From contig NC_043003.1 of NCBI RefSeq assembly GCF_006345805.1, forward strand, positions 69,564,001 to 69,628,000: a stretch of DNA of 64,000 nucleotides. Direction: 5' to 3'. The DNA comes from Octopus sinensis (taxonomy: Eukaryota). Positions 25,317-39,384 of the stretch are shown piece by piece; the stretch's first letter is position 1; every line of letters begins with the position of its first letter. Both the position numbers and the translations under genes were made by a program. The notes under the pieces are model-generated. The model was not told the origin of the DNA and searched no databases. It was given only the letters and a program-made list of their open reading frames with translations.

Positions 25317-25430
25317 TCAGTCTAGACTTTCTAACATCAATTCAAACTGTGATTCTGTGTCTTCAATGGTTGGTCCTTTGGATGATATTGTTGTTGTTGT
25401 TGATGGTGTGGATCCAAGGATTTGAGGAAC
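25317..25430 (-). CDS. Probable terminal exon of the DCDC1-like gene (VPQILGSTPSTTTTISSKGPTIEDTESQFELMLESLD* in phase 0, or FLKSLDPHHQQQQQYHPKDQPLKTQNHSLN* in phase 2, stop at 25337)
   Basis: Pyrimidine-rich acceptor tttttttcaatttttag at 25431. Open frames end in TGA. AATAAA lies about 95 nt further on. Confidence 0.55.
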   Translation of the reverse strand, partial: VPQILGSTPSTTTTISSKGPTIEDTESQFELMLESLD

Positions 25431-26112
25431 CTAAAAATTGAAAAAAACAAAAGAAAATAAAATTAAGTGAAATAGAATTATAATTTTTCAAAATGTTCCC
25501 AAACACATAGAGATACATATTTATATTTATAATTCTGAGCTTGTCGAGTCTAGGGGTGGTACAAGAGCAAACTCTCAACACATGTGAAAGTTCTTCTTAT
25601 AGAAAGCCTCACAACAGCTTTTGATGACCATGTTTAGCTTTAGGCCCTCAAAAATCTGATATTAAGGTTTCGTATTGCAGTACTTATCTACTGATTATCT
25701 GAGGGATATGAAACAACCAATATATATAATAGTGAAGGCGCACAGCTCAGTGGTTAGAGCGTCGAGCTTACGATCGTGAGGTTGTGAGTTTCAATCCCGA
25801 ACCGGGCTGTGTGTTGTGTTCTTGAGCAAGACACTTTATTTTACGTTGCTCCAGTTCACTCAGCTGTAGAAATGAGTTGCAATGTCACAGGTGCCAAGCT
25901 GTATTGGCCTTTGCCTTTCCCTTGGATAACACTGGTGGCATGGATAACACGGTATGCATGGGCAGCTGCTGTTCTTCCACAAACAATTTTGCCTGGACTT
26001 GTGCCTCAGAGGGGAACTTTCTAGGCACAATCCCAATCCCATGGTCAGTCATGACTGAAGGGGGTCTTAGCAATATAAATATATGCATATATACATATAT
26101 ATATACATACCT

Positions 26113-26147
<35 letters not shown>

Positions 26148-26339
26148 CATGTATTGGTACAGGACACCAAAAAAACGTGAACAAAATGAGAAACAAGAAC
26201 ATAAAAAACAAAATCATAGAAAATGAACTTTTTTCGAACAAGGAAAGAAACAAATAGAGAAACGAGACAGGCAACATAAAGAACATTCCCTTCATCTGTT
26301 GTTCTGTTTTCTCTACTCTGCAATTTGAAGGTAGGGACA

Positions 26340-26375
<36 letters not shown>

Positions 26376-27595
26376 CATCATCGTTTAACGTCCGTTTTCC
26401 GCGCTAGCACGGGTTGGACGGTTCGACCGGGGTCTGGGGAGCCAGGGACTGCCCCAGGCTCCAGTCTGATCTGGCAGTGTTTCTACAGCTGGATGCCCTT
26501 CCTAACGCCAACCACTCTGCGAATGTAGTGGGTGCTTTTTACGTGCCACCTGCACAGGTGCCAGAGGGGTCTGGCATCGGCCACGATCAGTTGGTGCTTT
26601 TTTTTTTTTTTTTTTGTGCTACCGGCACAGAAAATGAGATAGGGGTTGTAAATTCAACCCTCCATGGGATAACATATATCCAATATACTGCTAGAGAAGT
26701 ACCCAACAAAGCTAATACATAAATGTTAAAAATTGCGATGCAATTAATTCATTTACTGTATTAGGTGGGCAAAGGTAAAATTATTTTTACCGTAAATTAA
26801 TAATACTACGACTATGTATGTATGTGCGTACGTTTTGTGGATGTGCGTGCGCGTGTGTATGTTTCCTAGCTAACTAACCGTAAAATTTCTATTGTAATTC
26901 AAATTTAAAAGTATAGGCCAATCGAATGCATCTGTGAAAATTAATACCATGCAAACAGAGGAATTCAACTGATTGCATATATATGCAGATATCCACTTGC
27001 ATTGGATGGTACTATGGTGGTGGTATTAACTTTATTGACTTTTTGCGAAGTGACACATTTTAATATATTGAACTGTTTAATATATATGCCTGCATTGAGT
27101 GTGAGTGTGTCTATTGTGGTTTCTTGATGTTGGTTGAGGAGCTGTAGAGTTCAATATGGAACATTATTGTGTTTGTTGATGTATATTGATCTATATTGTT
27201 TATATTGTATTATTGTGTATATATATATATGTAAGAATATGAGTATGTATGCACTCATATTTATATTTATATGTAAATTATTTAGGATTTGTACTAATAC
27301 TTGCATTAATATCTCTGAAGAGGCTGTAAGATATTCTTGTTAATGTCTCATTTATACCTGCATTATATGGCTAATAGGTTAAATGAGACATACCTGTCTT
27401 CATGGCCGAAACAGCTGTCAGCTACAATGTAAATGTATTTCTATGTCTTGTTATATTTCACCATATTGATTGTAATTATTGTACTATATTAATGTATAAT
27501 ATCTTTGCTATTGTGTAGTGTTTTAATAAAGTATTGATTCGGTATTATCTGATAGTTGATGATTGATTTAGATATATTTCTCCATTTTCTCATTT

Positions 27596-27635
<40 letters not shown>

Positions 27636-28329
27636 CATACTCTGTTTGCCAATGAGGCTTCTGTCCATACAATCAAAGACAAATGCATCTAGCTCACCCA
27701 TAACCAATTCAAAAGAAAAAATGCAATTGCATATAACTCTAGTTACAAACAATAATAATGAAAAGAAAATGCACCAGTTGGAGAAATATGATCTGGTTCA
27801 ATCCACCACGAAACAAGTCCTCTATCACATAACACTTCCATAAAGATAAAAAAAATTGTAAATTATTCAACAATGACAATATAAACAACAGTTATTCTAC
27901 AGTTCCATCTTTAAGAAAAATTATCCCATTTATAACTACAAAATCCTTTAAAGTAAAATAGAATAAAGCAGAGGAGATGACTGTAATGGTTGAAACACTG
28001 AGTTGTGTCTTTTGGATAATCAGTGCTTGAGTAATCACATCTTGTATCTGTTATCATTTTGGAATTTTAAAAATGCTAATACAGTTTGTTACAGGGGTTT
28101 AACAAAGATCTCTTTAAGAGCCCACTTTTTCATCAAGTGGATTGTTTCAAACACAATCACAAAGAAAATACTTCATCACTCTCAACATGTAAGGGGAAGT
28201 ATACAGACAATTTCTATCTTGGTCTATCTATTCTATAATATAGACTATTCTATAAAATTTGCAAAATTTAGAATGGTAAGATGAGAGAATTTAACTGTAT
28301 GGTTATTTAAAATGCAGTGGATATTTGTG

Positions 28330-29170
28330 GTTTAAAGGAAATCTCTTACTTTAATATATTAAAGAAAACTTTAGGTTTATTTGTTCTAAATTTTTTTGCA
28401 TAAGCTGCATTAAACCAAGACCTGCACCTTTTTCTCATTTTTGTTCTTAAGAGTATTTAGTTACAGATATGTCAGGATGGATTTTGTTGTTTCCCCTCCT
28501 ACATTTCAGTTAAATTTTGTATTATGCCATTTATTTCACTCTTATTCTTTGACTTTGTACATTTTATTCTATTAGAGTTCTTAACTCTCTCTTTAATTGC
28601 ATTTTCATTCACAAGATTTTTAGATTCCTTAATTTCATTTGTCAGTTTTAATTTTGTGGCTATCTGTACCTTTTATCAGTTTTGCTTCCGGGCATATCAT
28701 GGCTTTTATTGTTTTTATTCTCAGATCACTGCTAGTTACAGCATTTATTTGTAATGTTTGGAGGATTGTGTGGTGTATTAATCTGTTTTGTATGTTTGTG
28801 TAGAAATTACACTAAAATCAAAGTTGTTTGTATCAAAGGATGTGATAAATTGTGTCTTATACTCAAAACCATTTTTCAAGAGTTAAACATTATTAAACTC
28901 AGACTTATTATTAAATACTTCTACATTAGAAAATAGTTTAGATATTCTAAGAGAAATATTCTTTATAAGACCACCTATTTTAGATTTAGGATGATTAGAA
29001 TTTTTATGAATGTAGGTTAAGATTTTCTTTAGGTATGTGGAGAGGAAAATATATGTTACAGACAAGTTATAATTGTTAAAGAAGGCTAATAGTCTTTTAC
29101 AAGGTCTCTTAGAACAGTTAACGTTATTTATTAAGTGTATCATCCTAGTATAAACCTTTGCCAAATTCTA
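28330..29170 (-). mobile_element. Decayed Penelope-like element (RT thumb/linker region)
   Basis: TYIHKNSNHPKSKIGGLIKNISLRISKLFSNVEVFN (~YxHxxSNHP...RIS.ISS.EE.FN), later WFNAAYAKK and NNHTVKFS (~WFNPPYSKN...FNxxTVKLSYS). Confidence 0.7.
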
Positions 29171-31636
29171 AGAAAAAATATTTTAGCTTATGTAACAGGA
29201 AAAGCCTAACAATGTATTAAATAGGATCCACTTCTAATTCCTTTAAATGATGTTATGACTTGCATACACACAACTCTAGGAATGAAAATTACATAACTCA
29301 GACTCATTAGGTACATATTTAATCTTAGCCCTTGCAATATAGAATTTGAACTACACTGGGGCATCACAGCATTGGCCTTTTCTTAAGCTGGAAACAAGAA
29401 AAAATGCAGACTTTACTCTGTTGAAACTTTACATATTTTATTAAGCAACAATAAATTACTTGAAAGTGTTTTTCTCTTGCAAATAAAATTTTAAGGTCTT
29501 TTAAATTTTGTAAAAACAATTTTACTCAGGAGAAGCAGTAAATATAGTTTAAGTACATTCTGTCAGTTGACTTGTAGTTTATTACATGTAACCATAATTA
29601 ACAATATATAATTATAAGAATGTGGGAAATCACTTCATCCTCACTATATATATATGTGTATGTGTTTATTTGGTTAAGCCTTGTGAGACTAATAACCTGG
29701 TGTAGAACTCAGTATACACATGCTTTTGAAAGAAGTGTTGGTCGAGTACAGAGCAGTAATAAGAAAGAGATGACTTATTACTCAACTGAGATAATCATCT
29801 TTTCCTTTCTCATCTCTTACATAAAACAACAATTATATGTGTAAAATCTTTTAATTTTATTTAAACTAGAATGGATAACTGTCCCAGAAGTTGCAGCTGT
29901 ATTTTAAAAATTTAATTTTCGTTTGGAAATTGCGTGTGTGTCTGTGATTGTATAGAGATAGATTTGAATTGCATGAATATACATGTAAGCTCATATATGA
30001 ACTTATACTCCCTTCCATAGACGTGTAGACATTTCTTCTTAAACATATGGATATATATACATATATTGGTAGGTGTATGAAGATAAAAAGTTACATAGGT
30101 ATATAAGTATGTGTGTGAGCATGCATACATATGTATGAATGAGTAGATACATATGGCTGCTTTTCACTAACCAAATTCCTGGCTATCCTCATTTCTACTG
30201 TCATCTCAACCATTTTCATGTTAACTTAAAATTTTCTTTGCTCTAAGCGTTCTTCTTTCTCTCTTTATTTCACTGATAAAATGGAAAATAATAGCCTTCT
30301 TTTTTCTTCACTGCTTTAAAAAGATTGTACTCTTAAGTTCACATACTATTTTAGCACTATAAATCAACTGATACTGGTAACTAATAATGGATTGAATTAC
30401 TATTTTATTCTGGAGATCTGATACTTGAGTGTTATTATGCAATTGTCTGCATAATAATTACCACTTACATACTAGCACTCCCTAATGAAACTCATGTAAA
30501 GATTATATAAGTTATAACATTATAATAAAAAAAAACTTAAACTAACTCTCCTGCGTTATTCTACTTTCATATATGAGAGCAGAATAAAACAGTAGAATTA
30601 TGAATATTGATATTAACATGGTACTAAATTTTAATTTCTAATTCAATTTCATCAAAAAGGCAGTGTGGTACACATGTACCAGTCTTTTAAATACAGCTTT
30701 CAGCTATTCCATGCTACTAGCAATAAAATAATACAACTTATACCTACTGCTGTTACTGTTCTTTAATTAAATCTTCCATATTTTCTGTTTGCATGATTTA
30801 ATCACCAAGTGGCAACAGTAGTTGGGGTAATAACAATGTTACTATTGAAATATGAAACCCACATTATATTCTTGATTAAATGATTTGGTGTATATAATAA
30901 ACTTGCCATACAAATTAATGTGAACAGGTGCAAACACACACACACAGCAAATGTATTTTCTTAATGAAAATATGACCACAGATGAATAAAAAAAAATTAT
31001 GGTGATTAGTGATAGGTGGAGCAATAGTGCTGATCTCGTTATTGTAACCATGTGGCAATATTAAATTTTGTCATCGTCATGACATCCACTTTTCCATGCT
31101 TGCATGGATCAGACAGTTTTATTTTGACAGATTTTTTTCTAAAAATCTGGATGCTTTTCTTGTTGCTAATCCTTATCTGTTGCTAAGTGAGGTAATACTT
31201 CTCCATATCTAGACATGTTTTTACCAAATATTGGATATATATATATATCATCATCATCATCATCGTTTAACGTCCGTTCTCCATGCTAGCATGGGTTGGA
31301 CGGTTCGACCGGGGATCTGGGAAGCCAGAAGGCTGCACCAGGCTCCGGTCTTATCTGGCAATGTTTCTACAGCTGGATGCCCTTCCTAACGCCAACCACT
31401 CCGTGAGTGTAGTGGGTGCTTTTTACGTGCCACCTGCACTGGTGCCAGGTGAGGCTGGCATCGGCCACGGTTGGATTGGTGCATTTTATGTGCCACCTGC
31501 ACGGAAGCCAGTCGAGGCGGCACTGGCTTCGGCCACAATTTGGATGGTGCTTTTTACGTGCCACCAACATGGATATATATATATATATATGTTATAATTT
31601 AAAACAAACAGTAAAAAGTTGTCATTATAGTATTCA

Positions 31637-31918
31637 GAGTTTCAAATGTTGGAGTGAAGAGCTACGATGCATTCTCATCAGCTATTAATGGCAACAGATG
31701 CTATAAGAAAAATCCAATTGAATAAAAGAGAAGTTACTCTAATAGGTAGAAAAAAGAAAAATTATAAACAATACACGCAACCATATTCTCACAATACATA
31801 GACATAAACCTCCTGCGTTCATAATGTCTACATATGTACACACACAAACATGTTTACATACATACACACTCACACAAACATGTATGTATTCATACATACA
31901 CATATCCACACACGTATG

Positions 31919-31993
<75 letters not shown>

Positions 31994-32391
31994 CGGAGAT
32001 GTACTCGCATAGCAAGTAATTTGATCTGAGATCGTGTGCTGGTATATATATATATATATATATGTATATGTGTATGTAACCTCATCCTCATATACACAGG
32101 TGTTTACATGCGTACATGTAACATAATACATATATATATACAGACATTCACACTCCCGCATACACGCATATATATATACATACACATACACACACAGACA
32201 CATATATATGTACACACACATATATATATATACAAACACATGTACACCCTCCTATCATGCAGGAGGTTTATGTCTATGTATTGTGAGAATTAGAGTAACT
32301 TCTTTTTTATTCAAAGGTTTTTCATAGCATCTATTGCTGTTAATAGCCAACAAGATTGCATCGTAACTCTTCGCTCTGACATTCAAAAGTC
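31637..32391. repeat. Foldback element: about 135-bp inverted arms around a microsatellite spacer
   Basis: 31785-31816 is a perfect 32-bp inverse of 32259-32290. 31637-31741 is a diverged inverse of 32291-32391. Confidence 0.75.
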
Positions 32392-32516
32392 CGAGTAATA
32401 TGGCAACTTTTTACTGTTTATTCTAAATTATAACTTATATAAATATCCTCTATTTATCTAATATCAAAATCTCATTCTTTTCTTGTTACTTCTTATTATA
32501 TATATATATATATGTA

Positions 32517-32914
32517 GGCGTAGGAGTGGCTGTGTGGTAAGTAGCTTGCTTACGAACCACATGGTTCTGGGTTCAGTCCCACTGCGTGGCACCTTGGGTA
32601 AGTGTCTTCTACTATAGCCTCGGGCCGACCAAAGCCTTGTGAGTGGATTTCGTAGACGGAAACTGAAAGAAGCCTGTCATATATATGTATATATATGTAT
32701 GTATGTGCGTGTTTGTGTGTCTGTGTTTGTCCCCCCAACATCGCTTGACAACCAATGCTGGTGTGTTTACGTCCCGTAACTTAGCGGTTCGGCAAAAAAG
32801 AGACTGATAAAATAAGTACTAGGCTTACAAAGAATAAGTCCTGGGGTTGATTTGATCGACTAAAGGCGGTGCTCCAGCATGGCCACAGACACATGACTGA
32901 AACAAGTAAAAGAG
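32517..32914 (+). mobile_element. tRNA-derived SINE family A, well-preserved copy
   Basis: A/B-box head, internal (TA/TG)n, tail atgactgaaacaagtaaaagag. Confidence 0.88.
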
Positions 32915-33704
32915 TATATAATGGAATTCTTTTCAGTTTCTACCAAATCCACTCAGAAAGCTTTGGCCTGCCCAAGGCTATAGAAGACACTTGCTCAAGG
33001 TGCCACACAGCCACACCTGGCCCTATAATACTTGGATGTTGATTATTTTATCAATTCAACAAGGATGAAAGGCAGATCTCTGTAGGATTTGAACTCAAAA
33101 TATGAAGACCCATAACTAAATATCACAAAACGTTTGATACTCTATAGATTCAGCTAATCTATTAATTAATTAACAAATAATTAATTAACTTGGAGAGCTA
33201 AGTTCAAACTCCTCAACTCTTTAGCAGTCAGATAACTGTCAAATGTAATGTTTATTTATTCACTTTGTCATTAATTAATTACACATTATCTTATAGTTTC
33301 AAGATTTCAATGTGATTGTTTCTGATTATAACATTGCAAGGTAGGTGTGGGAGGTCAGATATGGCCAGTCTGAACTCAAAACAACATGGTTGCAAGCCAA
33401 GCTTGTTAACCATCCTGCCATACCTGTTAGATGTCATTATTAGATATTCCATCCAATAATATTTCAAGTTTAAATTGATAACTGATGTTTGATTGGTTCT
33501 GATTGATTTGATAGGACGTTATCAATTCAAAGTATTACGAGGGATACAAAAAAAAAAAAAATTTAGCTTTGGTCCATTTCTTTTAATTTCACTATGAAAC
33601 CATTTCCGCTGAAGCTTGCTGTCTCATAGCCAGCCATTATTCTGTCTTTGGAGCTAACTTTATGAGAGGAGGTAATTGGTTTATGATTTATTCTTTGTAA
33701 TATG

Positions 33705-34075
33705 GATCATAATTTGAGAGAGATGAAGAGAGAGGGTGAGAAAGAGAAAGATGGGGAGAGAGGGGGTGAGAATGAGAAAGATGAAGAGAGAGAGAGAAAG
33801 AGCGAGAAAGATAACAAGTGAGGCAGGGTGAAGGTGGGAGATCCAGAGAGAGGGCAAAAGAGACAGAAAGGGTGAGAAAGATGGAGAGAGCGAGATGGGC
33901 AAGAAGGACAGAGAGGGTGAGAGAGAAGGCAAGAGACAAAGAGAGGGTGAGAAATATGGAGTGAGATGGGCAAGAGAGAGAGAGAGAGGGAGGGGGCAAG
34001 AGCAAAAGAGATAACAAGAGGGTGAGAGAGAGTGATAGAGAAAGAGGGAGAGACAAATATATAGACAGGGGTGGG
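33705..34075. repeat. GA-rich low-complexity tract
   Basis: Degenerate GAGA/GAGAAAGA units; source of the Leu/Ser-rich ORFs. Confidence 0.85.
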
Positions 34076-34545
34076 GCAGATGATATCACACAAGCAATAA
34101 TAGTAGTGACCATAATATGTTTAATGCATGGCGTGATTGCAAAGCCATATTGCCGGTGGAGAAAGAAAAGCAATTTATAAAATGAAGAGATTTTATAGTT
34201 TTATCAATTTAGAATTATATTTATTCATTTATTTTATCCTGTCTTTGTTTTGTGTGAAAATTGCTTGACTTATGACAAGGACAACTTGAGAAGTAGTGTG
34301 TAATTAGAATCAGAGACGAGACAACCAAACCTAAATGTATTTAGAATTAGAGTTAATTGTGTGTTTAGCAGTATTTATAGTGTTCAAGCAAGACAACATC
34401 AATGCCAGAAATGCGATTTAAACAAAAGTTATGGCTACAATAATGAAACATAAAGATGTAAATCAACATACAGTGAAAGAGCAAAATACGTTCAACAACA
34501 AAGCCATCCATAATTTGAAATCAAGAGACCAAGATGGCTACTTAC

Positions 34546-34583
34546 CCCCAGATAGTATTATCTTTAGCAAACTTGTCTGATTG
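34546..34583 (-). CDS. Possible 38-nt DCDC1-like exon (QSDKFAKDNTIWG)
   Basis: Acceptor ctttttatag, consensus donor GGG|GTAAGT, phase 0 to 2, no stop. No homology support. Confidence 0.45.
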
Positions 34584-36362
34584 CTATAAAAAGATCATAG
34601 ATTTAATGAAACTGTATAAAATTAGTTTTAATTTTGGGTTATTCCTGATTTCAGTTTAAATTCATATTTCATAAATAAAAAAAAAAAATGTTTGTTTTCC
34701 AAATAATTTTCTTCAGTTAGTTGGTATTGTTTAATGCAATGTTTTCCATACTGTCCTCTCCAGTCATCTTAGGGTGAAATTCTTGCTTTAGGCCAAAGAC
34801 GGAACCCTGAATCTTTATTTTATCAAACCAGCCTTTCGTCTTAATGTTGTAGTTTTAAGGCACTTAAGCATTAGACTTCAGAATTTATCTTCATCTTCCT
34901 CTCTCTATATCATCATCATCATTTAACATCTACTTTTCTATGCTTGCATGGGTCAGATGGAATTTGTTAATGAAGATTATCTATGGTCAGGTGCCATTCC
35001 TGCCACCAACCCTCACCTGTTTCAAACAAGACAATATTTTCCCCCATAGCACTTATATGACAATGATGCTCATTAACAACTATCATATGATGTCTAGACA
35101 AGGGCACACACACACACACACACATGGTCAATGAAAGATAGAAAATATGAGAATTTTTATAAATCACTACAATTGTTTCAACACATCTAGCATCGACCCC
35201 TCATGTGGGTTACTTAACAACTGGTTCGGGAGCATCTGACAGTGCAGATGTGTCTCTTCAGGTGATAAATAGATATACATGACATGATTCTTTCTGTTTC
35301 TGTTTACTAAATCATGAGTCAGAAAAAACTGGTGCTCATATATTAGGTAAGAGAGTGGATGTAGTATTTATGTATTATGAATTGAGTCTCACAAAAGCCA
35401 ATTTATGTTGCCAAATAGTTTCATACTGATGAACCTTCCAGTTGTGCAGAGATAAGTTAGTATTCATCAGACATGACTGAATGGAAAAGTGTGGCTATTT
35501 ACATCTCCACAAATGGAAGGTTCTTCATGAAACTTTTTGGTGACATAAATTGGCTGAAATGAGACTGAATTTGATAGTGCCAGTGGCACGTAAAAATAAT
35601 CTTTTGAGTGTGGTTGTTGCCAGTGCTGCCTGACTGAATCCCATGCCAGTGGCATGTAAAAAGCACCATTCAAGCATGGTCGACGCCAGTACCACATGCC
35701 GGTGGCAAGTAAAAAGTACCTGCTACATTCTCAGAGTGGTTGGCATTAGGAAGAGTATCCAGCTGTAGAAAATTTGCCAGATCAGATTGGAGCCTGGTGC
35801 AGCCTCCTGGCTTGCCAGTCCTCAATCAAACCATCCAACCCATGCCAGCATGGAAAGCAGGCATTAAATGATGATGACGATGATGATGATAAAGCAAGGG
35901 CATGACTGTGTGGCTAAGAAACTTGCTTCCCAACAGTATGGCACCTTGGGCAAGTGTCTTCTACCATAGTTCCAGGTCAACCAAATCCTTGTGAGTAGAT
36001 TTGGTAGACAGGAACTGAAAGAAGCCTTCACAGTAATAAAGTGTGATAAGTTAGTAGAATCAGTAGTGCGACAAACAAAATATAGTGCAGTTTTTAGATA
36101 CAGCCATTCTGTGTTCAAATCTCACCATGGTCAACAATGTCTTTCTTCCTTTCTCTCATATTTTAACCCCTCATCCTTTTGCATTTGATGACCTTACAGA
36201 AGCTGGTAATACATAATAAGCAACCAGTACATGCTGTACATTCCATGCTGAAGCAGATATTAAAACATTGTGCTGTACTTGGGCTTGGTGGATCCTGTCA
36301 AACTGTTCAACCCATGCCAACATGGATATGAAATGAAGACACATGCACAAATATAGACACAT

Positions 36363-37160
36363 ATGTAGTCTGATCAATAAGTATCTGGACTGTTGCCATA
36401 GTAATGAAGCTAAAGCATGCAGAGTGAAGCTGCTTGCCACAGATTGACCTTGCACTTTGCTATGAATGTGCACTAAGTTTTAACATACTAGCTCACTTCT
36501 GCTATTTTACAGCAGTGCATAGAAGGAATGTGTGTAGCATGTGATCATCGATTTGATCATGATGGAGAAAGTTGAGCAGAGAATCTGCATAAAATTTTAC
36601 CAAAAGCTTGGCGATACCTGCTCAGAGGCCAATGTAAAGTTTTCAAAAAATTTTCGTAATTTTCGATACAATCAAGATCTTGTGCTACTTGAAACCCAAG
36701 TGTCTTTTTCAGCTGAAAGCAGTTTTGGCACAAACTTGGCAGACATCTGTCTCATACCCAAATCTTCAGTGATAATAGACGGAACTGAACTGTAACTAAT
36801 CTGTACATCCTCTGATAACTCACGGATGGGGATTCAATGATTTCCCCTCACAGCTGCATGCACATCTGCGATGTTTTTCTCAGTTCTGCTGGTTGCAGGT
36901 CTCCCAGAATGTTTGTCAATATCAACATTTTTTTTCTGCCATCTTGGAAACATCTGAACCACTTCAGTGCAACTTATACACTCCTCTCCAGACACTTTCT
37001 GAAACTTTGCATAGGCCTCTGAGCAGGTATTGCAATGACAATTTTCTCTGTCATGGTCAATGTGATGATCACATGCTACACATCTTTCTTCCAAGCACTG
37101 CTGTAAACAGTTGAAGTGAGCTAGAACATTAAAACTTAGTGCGCATGCACAGCAAAGTTA
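36363..37160. mobile_element. Mariner remnant: two 5' ends facing each other (plus 36363-36631, minus 36632-37160)
   Basis: Plus strand MEKVEQRICIKFYQKLGDTCSEA. Minus strand ...KNVDIDKHSGRPATSRT...IRELSEDV...DLGMRQMSAKFVPKLL, the mariner HTH region. Confidence 0.8.
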
Positions 37161-37329
37161 ACATATTCATGTTAGCCTCTACAAGATTACTCCCCATGCA
37201 AAATGGTAGCCAAAACACTCACAACCGAAACATATTTACAAATATCTCAACAAACAAGAACATGTTTGATCACTGGAAACAAAATGGCTTTCTCTCTTTG
37301 ATGAAAAAACTTATGAAAAGTCAACTTAC

Positions 37330-37515
37330 ACTTGCTACAGGATCTTTCTCCATTGTCACTGTTATGTCTGTTATCTGGGGTCCATGAAGTCGTCTGGCTC
37401 GGGCCCATTGTGCTTTTAAATTTATGTCATTCTGCTCTGATTTGACACCTTTGAAAAGTGGTCCAGTAGATACATACAACACGTCATCACGCTGGATATC
37501 ACTAAATGATTCCAC
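37330..37515 (-). CDS. DCDC1: DCDC1-like exon (VESFSDIQRDDVLYVSTGPLFKGVKSEQNDINLKAQWARARRLHGPQITDITVTMEKDPVAS)
   Basis: Acceptor tttcag, donor AGT|GTAAGT, 186 nt, phase 0/0. Aligns with the recalled human DCDC1 C-terminus IQSWDDIERDMVICVSMG...YARIRRQQGPQATDIVV. Confidence 0.9.
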
Positions 37516-39384
37516 CTGAAATTTCAATCAATAGAAAAAAGAAAATGGTTAAAAATAACTTGAGAACATTCTGCATTCTAAATACATAAGTGTAGGTATG
37601 ACTGTGTGGTTTTGAGTTCAGTTCCACTGCATGGTACCTTGAGCAAGTGTCTTCTACTAAAGCCCTGGATATAGGATATTTTGTGTTGTAAAAAGACAAT
37701 AGAAGTCAGTACTGTAAGATGGAAAATATAATTTGATAGAGTTGACTAAACCACAATTATATGATTTGCTGTAACTATTTTAAATATGTAGTGAACCCTG
37801 GTGGCCAGGTACTGTAAGGGAGATAATCATTTTTACATATATTTTTTTCTACTCTAGGCACAAGGCACAAAATTTTTGAAGAGGGGGGGCCACTCGATTA
37901 GATCGACCCCAACACGCAACTGGTACTTAAATTATCAACCCCAAAAGGATGAAAGGCAAGGTTGACCTTGGCGGAATTTTAACTCAGAATGTAAAGACAG
38001 ACGAAATAGCATTAAGCATTTTGCCCGGCGTGCTAACATTTCTGCCAGCTCACCGCCTAATTTCTACATAATATATTGTGGGATTAGAAGCTTGAAGTTT
38101 AAATCGAGGAAAGAAGAAGATTATTCAGATTTGATTCAACTCTTTTCCCTTTGCTTATTTGATACAAAAATCTGAAAATTTCTAGTCTTAAGTAATCATG
38201 TATAGCATCATTTTATTCTTATTAGAAATTATCAGCATGACATGACCCTAGGTAAATCAAATTGTTTCAGTATCTCGTTTCCTTTAGTTCAAATCCTATC
38301 AAAATATACACTTTGCCTTTTTATCCTTCGAGGGTTCTTGTCTTGCGAGTTACTTGGTGTCCGTACTAGTTCTGGTGCCATGTAAAAAGAACCCAGTCCA
38401 CTCTGCAAAATGGTTGGAATTAGGAAAGGCATCCAGCTATAAGAAATCATGCCATAGCAGACAGTGGAACTTCAAACAATCTTCTGGCTCATCAACTCCT
38501 GTGAAACTGTCTGACCTATGCCAGCATGGAAAATGGACATTAAATGGTGATGATTGATTGATAGAAATAGTACCGGTAATATAATGGTTGTTTTCAAATT
38601 CAATTGCCTTAAAAGAAAGACTTGTTGATTTTATTAAAATAAGATTCAGTTGTACAAGAGTGTTATAACTATTTTATTTTTTTACTTGTTTCAGTCATTT
38701 GACTGCGGCCATGCTGGAGCACCACCTTTAGTTGAACAAATCAACCCCATGACTTATTCTTTGTTAGTCTAGTACTTATTCTATCAGTCTCTTTTTGCCA
38801 AACTGCTAAGTTACTGGGACGTAAACATCAGTTGTCAAGTGATGGTGGCGGGACAAACACACAATATATATATATACATACATACATATACACGATGGGC
38901 TTCTTTCAGTTTCCGTTTACCAAATCCACTCACAAGGCTTTGGTCAGCTCGAGGCTATAGTAGAAGACACTTGCCCAAGGTGCCACGCAGTGGGACTGAA
39001 CCTGGAACCATGTGGTTAGTAAGCAAGCTACTTACCACACAGCCATTATGACAATAATTTATTCAAGAAATATTTTCTCATAAGACTAGCTAGGCTAGTG
39101 CAACATTCTTCTATTTTAATGCTAAAACTGAAAATTGTTTTCTGCTAGTTAGTCCTTAGGCAAGAAACATTAACTCTACTTCATATCAAAAATATATTTA
39201 AGAATTTAGTGTTAAATGTAGTTTTTCTGGTTTTTTTTTCTTTTATATGACATGGATCTGCCTGTTCCTGCAGCGCTATTTCCACACTCATGGGTGATGA
39301 GGATGCTGATGATGAAAGTGATGGAGAAGGAAGAAAAGAAGAAATAAGACCATTTATAAATTTTTTAATGTCAAGATTCCTTAC

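Noticed and set aside
25733-25810. tRNA-like sequences here and at 32520, 40968 and 53612
   Set aside because: They have A/B boxes but no complete cloverleaf and continue into SINE bodies, so they are SINE heads rather than tRNA genes.
26160-26340. Repeat with a minus-strand cagatgaaggg motif, a possible hammerhead relic
   Set aside because: The core is too degenerate in this single copy and no stems can be shown.
33681-34173. Hydrophobic Leu/Ser-rich ORFs suggesting a membrane protein
   Set aside because: Translation of a CT/GA low-complexity tract.
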